Below are positions 40,945-49,524 of a DNA stretch of 64,000 bases, piece after piece; position 1 is the stretch's first letter, and each line of letters opens with the position of its first letter. Both the position numbers and the translations under genes were made by a program. Source of the stretch: Gammaproteobacteria bacterium (GTDB lineage Bacteria; Pseudomonadota; Gammaproteobacteria; UBA4575); assembly GCA_965243395.1 (NCBI GenBank), contig CBDEUS010000001.1, positions 832,001 to 896,000 of the forward strand, given 5' to 3'. The notes under the pieces were generated by a model, which saw only the letters and a program-made list of their open reading frames with translations, was not told the DNA's origin and made no database searches.

Positions 40945-41130
40945 GACATCCCCAAAATACCTTCAAAATTGTTTGTTTAAATGATTAGTGGAGGCGGCGT
41001 CAACCGGGTAAATGTTCTATCTATCTGAATTAGTTGAAAATAACTATAAGCTATCTTGATTTATACTCCCCAAATATACCCCCATTATTATTGGATTTAA
41101 ATAGACTTTATAGGACGTTATAGGTTTATT
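40945..41130. mobile_element. Island junction 1: island end + tmRNA-like 3' fragment + island end
   Basis: GACATCCCCAAAATACCTTC...TAGTGGAGGCGGCG (40986-40999; one mismatch to the reverse complement of CGCCGCCTCCACCA)...TATACTCCCCAAATATACCCCCA; co-linear with 55173-55227 and 55386-55529. Confidence 0.75.
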
Positions 41131-41158
41131 CTGTTTGCTTACGTCCCAAAACCGATAT
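41131..41158 (+). repeat. 28-bp site, first of the island
   Basis: CTGTTTGCTTA-CGTCCC-AAAACCGATAT, same position in the conserved end as the 55530 copy. Confidence 0.65.
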
Positions 41159-41204
41159 TATTCTTTAGTATAAGAAAATCGCCTGGAAAAGGTGGTATAG
41201 CATT

Positions 41205-41549
41205 ATGAGATTTGAAATAAATAACAAATCTATTGAAACGAATGAACAAGGATTTTTAATTAATCTCGACGACTGGAATGAAGAGGTGGCTTCTCATCTA
41301 GCAGAACAAGATGGGATAAAGCTTTATGTAGATCATTGGGAACTAATTTTATATTTTCGTGAATATTATAAAGATAATTTAGTAAATCCTACAATGCATC
41401 AAATGGTGCTTACACTTGGAAAGCAAAAAGACAAACATTTTCATGACTTAAAAGAGTATGAAAAACACATCTACCAACTTTTTCCAACTGACCCCATCCA
41501 TGAAATATGTAAACTTGCTGGTCTTCCCATGCCACAACCAGATACTTAG
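41205..41549 (+). CDS. TusE/DsrC-family protein lacking the C-terminal Cys
   Basis: ETNEQGFL.N..DWNEEVA..LA...GI.L..DHWE.I...REYY; ends ICKLAGLPMPQPDT. Confidence 0.85.
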   Translation: MRFEINNKSIETNEQGFLINLDDWNEEVASHLAEQDGIKLYVDHWELILYFREYYKDNLVNPTMHQMVLTLGKQKDKHFHDLKEYEKHIYQLFPTDPIHEICKLAGLPMPQPDT

Positions 41550-41555
41550 AAACAA

Positions 41556-41583
41556 TAGCCCTGAATCAACCTAAAGCAGACAT
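41556..41583 (+). repeat. 28-bp site (right arm conserved)
   Basis: TAGCCCTGAAT-CAACCT-AAAGCAGACAT. Confidence 0.6.
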
Positions 41584-41600
41584 GCATTAATATCTCAGTA

Positions 41601-42542
41601 ATGCCAAAGTATCGTAAAAATTTACCTCAGCTTTCAGGTGATCTGTATTTAACAGATGGTGGTATCGAAACTACTATGATCTTTCATGAGGGTTTCGAAT
41701 TACCTTATTTTGCAGCTTTTCCACTACTTGATAACACCAAGGGTCAAGAAGCCTTGCAAAGGTATTTTCATAATCACTGTAGTATTGCTGCAAATTATAA
41801 AGTTGGTTTTATTCTAGAGGCGATTACTTGGCGTGCGAGTTTAGATTGGGCAAAAAAACTAGGTTATTCCAAAGAAGGTTTAGATGAGATGCTGCACAAA
41901 GCAGTCGAGTTTTTAGCTCCTTTTAGATCGGAATATGAAACCGAAGATACCAAAATGGTTTTGAGTAGCTGTATTGGCCCACGTGGTGATGGCTATGTTC
42001 CAGAAGATCAAATGTCTATTAACGAAGCAGAAGATTATCATTCCTTACAAATTGAAACATTAAGCAAAACTGATGCTGATATGGTAACTGTACTAACGCT
42101 TAATTATGTTGAAGAAGCCATCGGAATTGCACGTGCAGCAATAGCACATCAAATTCCATCTGTAATATCATTTACTGTTGAAACTGATGGTAATCTTCCT
42201 ACAGGCCAAACATTGAAAGAGGCAATTGAAACCGTAGATACAGAAACTGACCAAGCGCCTCTTTATTATAAAATAAACTGTGCTCACCCCACGCATTTTG
42301 AGAAAGTAGTTTCAACTGGTGAGTCGTGGCTTCAAAAGATTCGCAGTGTTCGTGCAAATGCATCAAAGTGTAGTCATGCTGAACTTGATGAAGCAGATGA
42401 ATTAGATGAAGGTAATGCAAAAGAACTAGGCGCTCAATATCGTGAACTTAGAAATAAACTGCCAAATTTAAATGTGTTAGGGGGATGCTGTGGAACTGAC
42501 AGTCGACATATTGATGCAATTTGTAAAGCCTGTGTTTCGTAG
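41601..42542 (+). CDS. Homocysteine S-methyltransferase family protein
   Basis: LTDGG.ET, IGPRGDGY, INCAHP, LGGCCGTD. Confidence 0.9.
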   Translation: MPKYRKNLPQLSGDLYLTDGGIETTMIFHEGFELPYFAAFPLLDNTKGQEALQRYFHNHCSIAANYKVGFILEAITWRASLDWAKKLGYSKEGLDEMLHKAVEFLAPFRSEYETEDTKMVLSSCIGPRGDGYVPEDQMSINEAEDYHSLQIETLSKTDADMVTVLTLNYVEEAIGIARAAIAHQIPSVISFTVETDGNLPTGQTLKEAIETVDTETDQAPLYYKINCAHPTHFEKVVSTGESWLQKIRSVRANASKCSHAELDEADELDEGNAKELGAQYRELRNKLPNLNVLGGCCGTDSRHIDAICKACVS

Positions 42543-42555
42543 AAAAAATAATTAA

Positions 42556-42583
42556 ATGACCGCTACAGAACAAAAGCGATCAT
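42556..42583 (+). repeat. 28-bp site
   Basis: ATGACCGCTAC-AGAACA-AAAGCGATCAT. Confidence 0.75.
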
Positions 42584-42638
42584 ATTTATGAAATTAATAA
42601 TTCTTAATATTGGAATAGTTAATAAAGGATAGCAAGAT

Positions 42639-43073
42639 ATGCAAAAGTTTCCTCATCATTACCATGCACAAGCACTTGGAGGACCTACTGGTTCACTTGA
42701 TACACAATCAAATGGATTAACGAAGCTCGATATTGCTGCGCCAAAGGAATTTGATGGGCCAGGAGATAAATGGTCGCCAGAGGACCTTTTGGTAGCAAGC
42801 GTAGCTAGTTGCTTGATACTTACTTTCCGCGCCATAGCAACTGCCTCAAAATTAGAGTGGTCTGAGTTATCTTGTGAGGTTGAAGGAGTATTAGAGATGG
42901 TAGATCGCAAAACTCAGTTCACTGAAATCTACATTAACGCCTCATTGGTTATTAAATCACAAGAAGATGAAGAGAAGGCCGCGCAAATTATTGAGAAGGC
43001 AGAAAAAAATTGTCTAATCACAAACTCACTTACATCAGCTAAACATTTAAATGCTAATGTAATTATTGCTTAA
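42639..43073 (+). CDS. OsmC-family protein
   Basis: FDGPG..WSPEDLL.ASVASC...AEKNCLITNSL. Confidence 0.88.
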   Translation: MQKFPHHYHAQALGGPTGSLDTQSNGLTKLDIAAPKEFDGPGDKWSPEDLLVASVASCLILTFRAIATASKLEWSELSCEVEGVLEMVDRKTQFTEIYINASLVIKSQEDEEKAAQIIEKAEKNCLITNSLTSAKHLNANVIIA

Positions 43074-43101
43074 TTGTCAGCTATATACCCAAAGCGGGCA
43101 T
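43074..43101 (+). repeat. 28-bp site
   Basis: TTGTCAGCTAT-ATACCC-AAAGCGGGCAT, abutting the stop codon. Confidence 0.75.
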
Positions 43102-43115
43102 TCAAAGGTTATTAA

Positions 43116-43493
43116 ATGAAAGAAATAATAGACTTCAAACCATTTGTACCTTCAAACGACTACGAAGTATCAAAATCTTTTTATGAACATATAGGATTTA
43201 AGATCAACTGGGACGATGGGGAAGTATGTGAAGTCGACACAGAATTTGGATACCGTTTTTTGTTGCTACCTAAAAATCACAATAACTATGCCCATAGTTT
43301 AATGCTCCATTTTATGGTTAATTCTGCACAAGAATGGTACGAGCACTTTTGCTCAATACAGTTAACTGAAAACTTTAAAGGCACTAAAGTCTCAGTGCCT
43401 AAATTAATGCCTTGGGGCTTAATCGTTACTCATGTCTGGGATCCAGCAGGTGTATTGCTCCATTTTGCTGAACGACCAGAACCTAAAGAGTAG
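43116..43493 (+). CDS. VOC/glyoxalase-family protein
   Basis: PFVPS.DY..SK.FY..IGF; MPWG......DPAGVL. Confidence 0.85.
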   Translation: MKEIIDFKPFVPSNDYEVSKSFYEHIGFKINWDDGEVCEVDTEFGYRFLLLPKNHNNYAHSLMLHFMVNSAQEWYEHFCSIQLTENFKGTKVSVPKLMPWGLIVTHVWDPAGVLLHFAERPEPKE

Positions 43494-43517
43494 CCGCTAA
43501 CGACTCAAAGCAGACTA
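43490..43517 (+). repeat. 28-bp site
   Basis: GTAGCCGCTAA-CGACTC-AAAGCAGACTA, overlapping the stop codon. Confidence 0.72.
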
Positions 43518-43615
43518 TTGGGTCGATAATCTATCGAAAGTTATCCTCTGATATTTCAAAATATTTAAGCTGAAACAAAATTCAAGGCTTAATTCCAAAT
43601 CGGTATTCTATATCT

Positions 43616-44212
43616 ATGAATAAACTATTTAGAATCCTCCATGCACTTACTGCATTAACTGCTGTAATTGCTTGTGTTGTACTAATATTTGCTAAAGGAG
43701 GACATCCGCCAGGAATAGTGTTTGTCCCATTTGTATTAGTTTATTGGGTTATTACGCATGTTATTTTACTAGTACTAAAATGGTTTTTGGCATACATGGC
43801 TAAATCAGAAGAAGATTCAAATTCTCAAGGATGGCCGCCACTGCTTACGCTCATTGCAATTATTAGTGGATTATTTTTAGCTTTTGCAATGTATGGAGTG
43901 TTTCATGATTATGTACTGCGTTCATACAAAATAGAAATTCAAGATATAGTATGGGCAGCTATGTTTTTTATTGCACCGGCATTATTGTTAGGTGGATTAG
44001 TGTTTGGTGCAGCTACAGGTTCAAAATATGCTAGATGGATCGCAGCTGGAGGGCCAGTTGCATATCTAGTTTACAGTATTATGCATATTATAAATGGAAC
44101 TGCGAAACCTTCTTTTTTTAATATTATTATTGTGTTTGGACTTTGTATTGCGCTAAGTTCATATTTAATTTTTTCCTCTAGAGTAAAGAATTTTATTTCA
44201 TCACGGAAGTAG
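43616..44212 (+). CDS. Hypothetical multi-pass membrane protein (cassette)
   Basis: About six hydrophobic segments. Confidence 0.65.
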   Translation: MNKLFRILHALTALTAVIACVVLIFAKGGHPPGIVFVPFVLVYWVITHVILLVLKWFLAYMAKSEEDSNSQGWPPLLTLIAIISGLFLAFAMYGVFHDYVLRSYKIEIQDIVWAAMFFIAPALLLGGLVFGAATGSKYARWIAAGGPVAYLVYSIMHIINGTAKPSFFNIIIVFGLCIALSSYLIFSSRVKNFISSRK

Positions 44213-44262
44213 GTTTTTTCTGCATGTTGGCTGTTATCTATAAGCTATCAAAAAATTTTGTC

Positions 44263-44290
44263 ACGACTGCTAATGTTCCAAAACGGACAT
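44263..44290 (+). repeat. 28-bp site (degenerate second copy at 44224-44251)
   Basis: ACGACTGCTAA-TGTTCC-AAAACGGACAT. Confidence 0.72.
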
Positions 44291-44307
44291 TTTGATACTT
44301 TTCTAAG

Positions 44308-44694
44308 ATGTTCAAGAATATATTTTCAGCGTTTCTAAACTCATTTTCAGAGTCACAAAAGCTTGAAAAACGTTACCAACAATTAGTAACGCGTATTGGT
44401 TGGATTACAGTAGCAATAAGTTGTCTAGCTTTAATTGGGGTGATGTATATATCAAGGTTGATGTTTGGGCTGCCTGTTGAAGGTGGAAGTCTAGAGGGCT
44501 TACGTTTAAATCTTATATCATGGGTTATTTTTTTAATTATAGTTATCCCCATAATATTTTACGTTGGAATGGTTTTGGTATACGGAGCATTTGGAATTGT
44601 TATGTTTTTGCTAGGTAAAATTTCGTGGTCACAAGTCATTGATTGTGCTTGTTACGGTAAATATCCCAATAAATGGTATAAGACATATACCTAA
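44308..44694 (+). CDS. Hypothetical membrane protein (cassette)
   Basis: 128-aa ORF bounded by two sites. Confidence 0.6.
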   Translation: MFKNIFSAFLNSFSESQKLEKRYQQLVTRIGWITVAISCLALIGVMYISRLMFGLPVEGGSLEGLRLNLISWVIFLIIVIPIIFYVGMVLVYGAFGIVMFLLGKISWSQVIDCACYGKYPNKWYKTYT

Positions 44695-44703
44695 CAAATT
44701 AAT

Positions 44704-44731
44704 ATGACCTCTAACGACACAAAGCGGAAAT
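44704..44731 (+). repeat. 28-bp site
   Basis: ATGACCTCTAA-CGACAC-AAAGCGGAAAT. Confidence 0.78.
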
Positions 44732-44748
44732 AAGAGGCGGAGATGTAA

Positions 44749-45012
44749 ATGGATAAATACGAGAAGCTTTCACCAGATGTATTAAATGCCATTCATTCCA
44801 ATAGGAAAATCGAAGCAATAAAGCTATTAAGGGAAAGTAACAATCTTGGCCTTAAAGAGGCTAAACAAGTTGTTGATAAGTACATGCGTGAAAACCCAGA
44901 TTTAATTGTAGAAAGTGGAAATGCAAAAGGTCTTGGTATTAATGGCCTAATTCTAATTATTGCTGCAATTGTTTTATTATATTTTCTTAATTCTAGGTAC
45001 AATTTTTTTTGA
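44749..45012 (+). CDS. Small protein with ribosomal L7/L12 C-terminal-like motif and C-terminal TM helix (cassette)
   Basis: KIEAIKLLRE...LGLKEAKQVVD. Confidence 0.7.
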   Translation: MDKYEKLSPDVLNAIHSNRKIEAIKLLRESNNLGLKEAKQVVDKYMRENPDLIVESGNAKGLGINGLILIIAAIVLLYFLNSRYNFF

Positions 45013-45038
45013 TGGTCAATATACTCAAGAGTAATTAA

Positions 45039-45066
45039 TTGACTTCTAACGAATCAAAGCCGGCAA
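45039..45066 (+). repeat. 28-bp site
   Basis: TTGACTTCTAA-CGAATC-AAAGCCGGCAA. Confidence 0.65.
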
Positions 45067-45082
45067 TTGAAAATCAGCAAAA

Positions 45083-45343
45083 ATGAAAGTTAAAGCTTCC
45101 GTTACACAAAAATTGAAATTTACAAAATCAATAGAAATTTCTTCATGCCCCGATGAGGAATTTAAAGATACAAAATGCCTCAAAATAGGAGATGAGTACT
45201 TTTTACCGAGCATCGAATGGACAAAGTTTATACCTGCAAGTCTATCTGATGATGGTTATGCCTATTTTGAGGAAGTGACAGGAGAAGAATGGGAAGCAAT
45301 CCACCATGCAATTAAAGAAGAAAAGACTAAAGTTACAAAATAG
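45083..45343 (+). CDS. Hypothetical protein (cassette)
   Basis: 86-aa ORF bounded by two sites. Confidence 0.55.
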   Translation: MKVKASVTQKLKFTKSIEISSCPDEEFKDTKCLKIGDEYFLPSIEWTKFIPASLSDDGYAYFEEVTGEEWEAIHHAIKEEKTKVTK

Positions 45344-45366
45344 GTGTGATGCATAAAATATTTTTT

Positions 45367-45394
45367 ATGTCTGTTTACAATCCAATGCGGGCAT
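45367..45394 (+). repeat. 28-bp site
   Basis: ATGTCTGTTTA-CAATCC-AATGCGGGCAT. Confidence 0.72.
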
Positions 45395-45398
45395 AGCT

Positions 45399-45701
45399 AT
45401 GAGTTTGAGCAAGCGAGTTAAATTTATATATGGTCTTCTAATACCTATAGCTATATTGATCATCGGCATGCTGATAATTGCAAATGTAGATTCTGGCGCA
45501 AGCGCTGCTGAGTTTGCAGGACTAGCAGTATTCTTCATGTTGCTTATTTCATTACCGATAACAATAGTGCTCAATACAGTTCTGATGTTTAAAAATTTTC
45601 ATACTCCTATAGCCTGTTTGGGTAGAGGAATGATAATCCCAGTGCTAATTTTAATCTCAGCAATTGTTTATCAATCTGGACTATGGGATAAATTAACTTG
45701 A
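45399..45701 (+). CDS. Hypothetical 3-TM membrane protein (cassette)
   Basis: ATG 4 bp after the site. Confidence 0.6.
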   Translation: MSLSKRVKFIYGLLIPIAILIIGMLIIANVDSGASAAEFAGLAVFFMLLISLPITIVLNTVLMFKNFHTPIACLGRGMIIPVLILISAIVYQSGLWDKLT

Positions 45702-45723
45702 GATGCGGAATGAATTTAGCAAT

Positions 45724-45751
45724 ATGACTGCTAACGACCCAAAGCGGACGT
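45724..45751 (+). repeat. 28-bp site
   Basis: ATGACTGCTAA-CGACCC-AAAGCGGACGT. Confidence 0.82.
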
Positions 45752-45814
45752 ACAGGTGTGCTTCAAAGTTGTATAATTAGTCGAATAAATATCAACAAAC
45801 TGGGAGGGTTTAAT

Positions 45815-46300
45815 ATGCTGGCATACTATAGATTCTGCGTTGTAATATTTATATTTCTATTATTTTCTAATATTTCTTTAGCCGAAAAAAAAGCAAACTT
45901 TAAAGATGACACAATAGCCAAAGAGATACTTTTTGATAAAAGCTGGAACTGTTCATTTGGTGATAATTCTGGATGGAGTGGTTATGGAATCTGGAAATTT
46001 GAAACTATTAGTAAGAAAAAAGTAACTGGAAGCTTAGATATTGAAGCTTGCTACGGCGATAGTTTAGTTGAAGGTAAATATTCGGGGGGCACAGCGAGTG
46101 GAACATTTAATGGGAAACTGAAGAAAGACACAATGAAATTTACTGCAAACCCACCGCCAGGTGGTGTTTGTAGAACTTTCAATGGCAAGCTTAAATTTTT
46201 TCTAATTGATGGAAGTGATGAATATACTGCGGAAGGGAAATTCAGTAGAACACATAACGGTGTTCCGTATCGTGGAACTCTATACTGTTCTGTCCAGTAA
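45815..46300 (+). CDS. Hypothetical exported beta-rich protein (cassette)
   Basis: RBS GGGAGGG before ATG 45815, signal peptide, four Cys in the mature part. Confidence 0.6.
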   Translation: MLAYYRFCVVIFIFLLFSNISLAEKKANFKDDTIAKEILFDKSWNCSFGDNSGWSGYGIWKFETISKKKVTGSLDIEACYGDSLVEGKYSGGTASGTFNGKLKKDTMKFTANPPPGGVCRTFNGKLKFFLIDGSDEYTAEGKFSRTHNGVPYRGTLYCSVQ

Positions 46301-46327
46301 AAATCATTTAATAAATTTTAACCAACC

Positions 46328-46407
46328 AAATAACCGCTATTGGCCGAAAACAGACATTTCCTAAAGTAGTAGAATAGGGTGACTCACCCCATTACAAAAC
46401 CCGCGTC
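46328..46407 (+). repeat. 80-bp direct repeat copy 1, starting with a 28-bp site (46330-46357)
   Basis: ATAACCGCTAT-TGGCCG-AAAACAGACAT + TTCCTAAAGTAGTAGAATAGGGTGACTCACCCCATTACAAAACCCGCGTC; 7 mismatches vs 61498-61577. Confidence 0.85.
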
Positions 46408-46596
46408 TTTTTCTAGAGATGCATCTTTAACTAATTTTAAACTCGCAACGTCTGTTATTAGCAAATGGCGTAAATATTAAACCTAAATTATTAATAAAAC
46501 TGATTAATATAATTAAGCGGTTATATTTATTATTACAATTGATGTTCTTCATATAATATTAGATTCAATGTAAGCACTTATTTGAGGATGTATGCC

Positions 46597-47292
46597 ATGT
46601 CCACTACAGTTCCTGATTTACCAGAGCAATGGAAAGATTTAGATTTTGTCAAAATTTTAGCTCAACCAGCTGCGTTTATATCTATAAGCCAGTGCAATAG
46701 CCTTTATAAACCCGAAGGAGCACAGGGAAATGAGAAACAATGGGAACGTGGCACTTTAGAAAACACCATTAAAGTAGCCAACGCCTGTCGTGAAGCAAAC
46801 ATGAAATTCTTTTGGATTGGCTACGATGTGTTTCGTGAAGACTATCCCATGACTGAACTTGATCGAGCACAGTATGGTACTTGGAGCGAAGTGTTCGATA
46901 CAAAGAACAGAACAGAAGAATATAAGAAATGGGATGGTGAATTAGCAGATGAGCTCAAAGCGATTTCACAACCTGAAGATGAAGAGTTTTTTGAATATGC
47001 TCACCAGAGTTCTTTTGTAGGCACACCATTAAAATTAATGCTTGAACGAGCAGGCATTAAAACATTGGTGTTTTGTGGAATTCACTTAGATTGGTGTATT
47101 GAAGGAAATTCACGTGCAGCAAGAGATGAAGGGTACATGCCCATCGTGATTGGTGATGCATGTTCGTGCCAAGATCCTGCGGATGATGTCCCAACTATGA
47201 ATCGGCTTAACAGAATAGTTTGCCCTGTGCTTTCAGCAGATCAAGCGGTAAGTTACATCTTGCAAGGACAAGCAAAAATAAAAGCCGCCTAA
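46597..47292 (+). CDS. Isochorismatase-like cysteine hydrolase
   Basis: SSFVGTPL..MLERAGIKTLVFCGIHLDWCIEG..RAARDEGY..IVIGDAC. Confidence 0.85.
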   Translation: MSTTVPDLPEQWKDLDFVKILAQPAAFISISQCNSLYKPEGAQGNEKQWERGTLENTIKVANACREANMKFFWIGYDVFREDYPMTELDRAQYGTWSEVFDTKNRTEEYKKWDGELADELKAISQPEDEEFFEYAHQSSFVGTPLKLMLERAGIKTLVFCGIHLDWCIEGNSRAARDEGYMPIVIGDACSCQDPADDVPTMNRLNRIVCPVLSADQAVSYILQGQAKIKAA

Positions 47293-47317
47293 AATCTATA
47301 AATTACTACGTAGTAAA

Positions 47318-47345
47318 ACTTTTGCTTTTAGTTGAAAGCAGAAGT
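47318..47345 (+). repeat. 28-bp site (second, left-half copy at 47403-47430)
   Basis: ACTTTTGCTTT-TAGTTG-AAAGCAGAAGT. Confidence 0.6.
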
Positions 47346-47475
47346 ATTGGTAGTGCCAACCTTAACTCTGTAACCAGGCGCATGCTACCAAACTATATTA
47401 AAATGTCTGCTTACGATCAATATAGAATATAAATTTATATAGACTGAGTAAAAATTAATAAAAGAGAGTATTGCA

Positions 47476-47871
47476 ATGAACCTTGATTGGAAGTGGGTTG
47501 GAATTGGCGTCTTGATTATGTTAGGTCTCACTTTAATAGCCGGCATTATTGCTGCATTAATTCTTGGATCTCAACTTGAAGGGGTTACCCGTCCTGAGGA
47601 CATCTCTCTAAGCAACAGTCAAATGCTATTAATTTCAGCTTTAAATTTTCTTGCATTTGTTATTGGAGGATACATTGTCGGCATCAAGTCTTCTGGAAAA
47701 ACTATCATAGAACCTGCTGCAGCCGCTGCAATATCAGTAACAATTAGTTTGGTACTCTCTGGCAATTTAAATATTGCATATTTGCTTACGGCTGGATTTA
47801 TTCCATTTTTAGCAGGTTTATTAGGTGGTTGGTTGGGTGAGAAGAAGCAAGAAGCAAATGCCAAATCGTAA
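47476..47871 (+). CDS. Hypothetical 4-TM membrane protein (cassette)
   Basis: IGGYIVG, AGLLGGWLG motifs. Confidence 0.65.
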   Translation: MNLDWKWVGIGVLIMLGLTLIAGIIAALILGSQLEGVTRPEDISLSNSQMLLISALNFLAFVIGGYIVGIKSSGKTIIEPAAAAAISVTISLVLSGNLNIAYLLTAGFIPFLAGLLGGWLGEKKQEANAKS

Positions 47872-47990
47872 CAAAAATTATTTTTTATTCCTAAGTAAAA
47901 TTTAGTTCAAATCTGTATTTATAATATTAACGTTACTTATTTTGGGTAGTTCAGCTTATCATGTTCATTATAATTGATAGGCTTCTAGAA

Positions 47991-48018
47991 TTATCTCCTA
48001 ATGATCCAAAATAGACAT
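47991..48018 (+). repeat. 28-bp site
   Basis: TTATCTCCTAA-TGATCC-AAAATAGACAT. Confidence 0.55.
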
Positions 48019-48139
48019 TTTAAAATAGCAAATAATAAAAGATTTAATTATTCTGAAAGACTCATTTAAAATTTTTGTTGCAACTTTAATTGTAGTTTAT
48101 GAACGTTCTATTTCTATAATTAAAGCGGTAATTTTTCCG

Positions 48140-48766
48140 ATGTTGATATTAATTACATTATCAATAATCGAAGAGTCGGCACGTAAATCCGGTATAGAAC
48201 CAAGATCATTTGGAATTATACTAGCTATCATATACATGGGGGTATATACAGCGCTCTACTCATTCATCGCTATATCTATCCATAGAATAGTATTGCTCGG
48301 TTCTAATTCAGTACCGACATGGGGAATAAAAAGATGGACTAATAGAGAACATTCCTTTTTTACTTATGCGATTGGTTTTGCTGTTATAACTCTGTTTTTT
48401 ATAGCTTTCAGCTCTATCACTGGGCATTGGGTCGGGCTTTTAGTAGCTTTAATTATAGTTTGTATATTTACAGCACGCCTATCTTTAGTATTTCCGGCTT
48501 GTGCGACAGACCAGAAAATCTCTTTGAAAGAATCTTGGAGACTTACCAAAGGTAAAACGATATTTATGGTATTGGTTATGTATTTTTGGCCCTTATTAGC
48601 TCTTTTGCCAGTGTATCTCGTAATGTTGTTAACTGAATCAATTGGAGGAGGTGGTCTTGCAGCTTCTCAGGTAATATATGATATCTTTGGTTCAGTATTA
48701 TTTGTAATCGGTATTGCTTGTCTGTCACTAGCTTACTTACGGATCATGGGAAATGACGAAATTTAA
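48140..48766 (+). CDS. Hypothetical multi-pass membrane protein, start uncertain (frame open further upstream)
   Basis: ARLSLVFPA.A.D...SLKESW.LTKG pattern of GDPD-membrane-domain-like proteins. Confidence 0.65.
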   Translation: MLILITLSIIEESARKSGIEPRSFGIILAIIYMGVYTALYSFIAISIHRIVLLGSNSVPTWGIKRWTNREHSFFTYAIGFAVITLFFIAFSSITGHWVGLLVALIIVCIFTARLSLVFPACATDQKISLKESWRLTKGKTIFMVLVMYFWPLLALLPVYLVMLLTESIGGGGLAASQVIYDIFGSVLFVIGIACLSLAYLRIMGNDEI

Positions 48767-48826
48767 TTCCCCTACAATGCTATCAATTGGTCTAATGATG
48801 ACAAAAATCTAAAAAGGTGAATTTAA

Positions 48827-48991
48827 TTGTTTGCGGTATTTAATTTAGGGCTATTATGTGTAGAAATCATATTAATAGTTGCTTGGTTATTAGATCCGCA
48901 AATAAATAATGAATCTGCGATAGTAATTCTAGGCGTACTATTGGTAGTTATGGAGTCATATAGAAGATTCTTGGAAAAGGGGAAAAAATAA
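48827..48991 (+). CDS. 54-aa two-TM microprotein, not in the ORF track (cassette)
   Basis: TTG start after AAAGGTGA; MFAVFNLGLLCVEIILIVAWLLDPQINNESAIVILGVLLVVMESYRRFLEKGKK; degenerate sites at 48777-48804 and 48993-49020. Confidence 0.5.
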   Translation: MFAVFNLGLLCVEIILIVAWLLDPQINNESAIVILGVLLVVMESYRRFLEKGKK

Positions 48992-49046
48992 AATTCCAGT
49001 TATCGAGCGAAATAGGATTTTGTTGATATGTTTACTTATACTTTGA

Positions 49047-49415
49047 GTGTTAAAAATGACTCGCCTAGCTGCTTTATTATTTGCATACTTTTTTTTAGTA
49101 CTTGGTGTAATTGGAGTGTTTTTACCAGGATTGCCGACTGTACCATTTTTACTATTAGCGGCCTGGTTTTCTGCAAAAGGTTCAAAACGTTTACATCGAT
49201 GGCTCTACACACACCCGCATCTTGGGAAACTCTTAATTGACTGGGAACAAGAGGGTGCAATTTCTCGCTCAAGTAAAGTTATAGCATTCATACTCCTTAC
49301 ATTTAGTTGGATATTTATGTACCAACGTATCGAAAATATTTGGATTATGATTGGAATGGCTGTGCTATTTATTTCAATTATGATATTTCTTATCAGCCGA
49401 CCTGAACCACATTGA
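49047..49415 (+). CDS. YbaN (DUF454) family membrane protein
   Basis: [35 protein letters not shown]. Confidence 0.9.
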   Translation: MLKMTRLAALLFAYFFLVLGVIGVFLPGLPTVPFLLLAAWFSAKGSKRLHRWLYTHPHLGKLLIDWEQEGAISRSSKVIAFILLTFSWIFMYQRIENIWIMIGMAVLFISIMIFLISRPEPH

Positions 49416-49464
49416 AATATGCAATTTGAGTCAATTCTTATGTAAATTAAACTAAAAATAAGGC

Positions 49465-49492
49465 ATGTCTGTTGATAATCCAACGTGGACTT
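49465..49492 (+). repeat. 28-bp site
   Basis: ATGTCTGTTGA-TAATCC-AACGTGGACTT. Confidence 0.6.
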
Positions 49493-49524
49493 TTAGAAAT
49501 TATAGTTGATAGATTTTAATTTTC

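Noticed and set aside
40824-40949. Additional 28-bp sites at ~40824 and ~40922
   Set aside because: Only ATG...GACA-type ends match; too degenerate to call by eye
44749-45012. Ribosomal protein gene rplL
   Set aside because: Lacks the N-terminal dimerisation domain, has a TM tail and is not in an rpl/rpo operon
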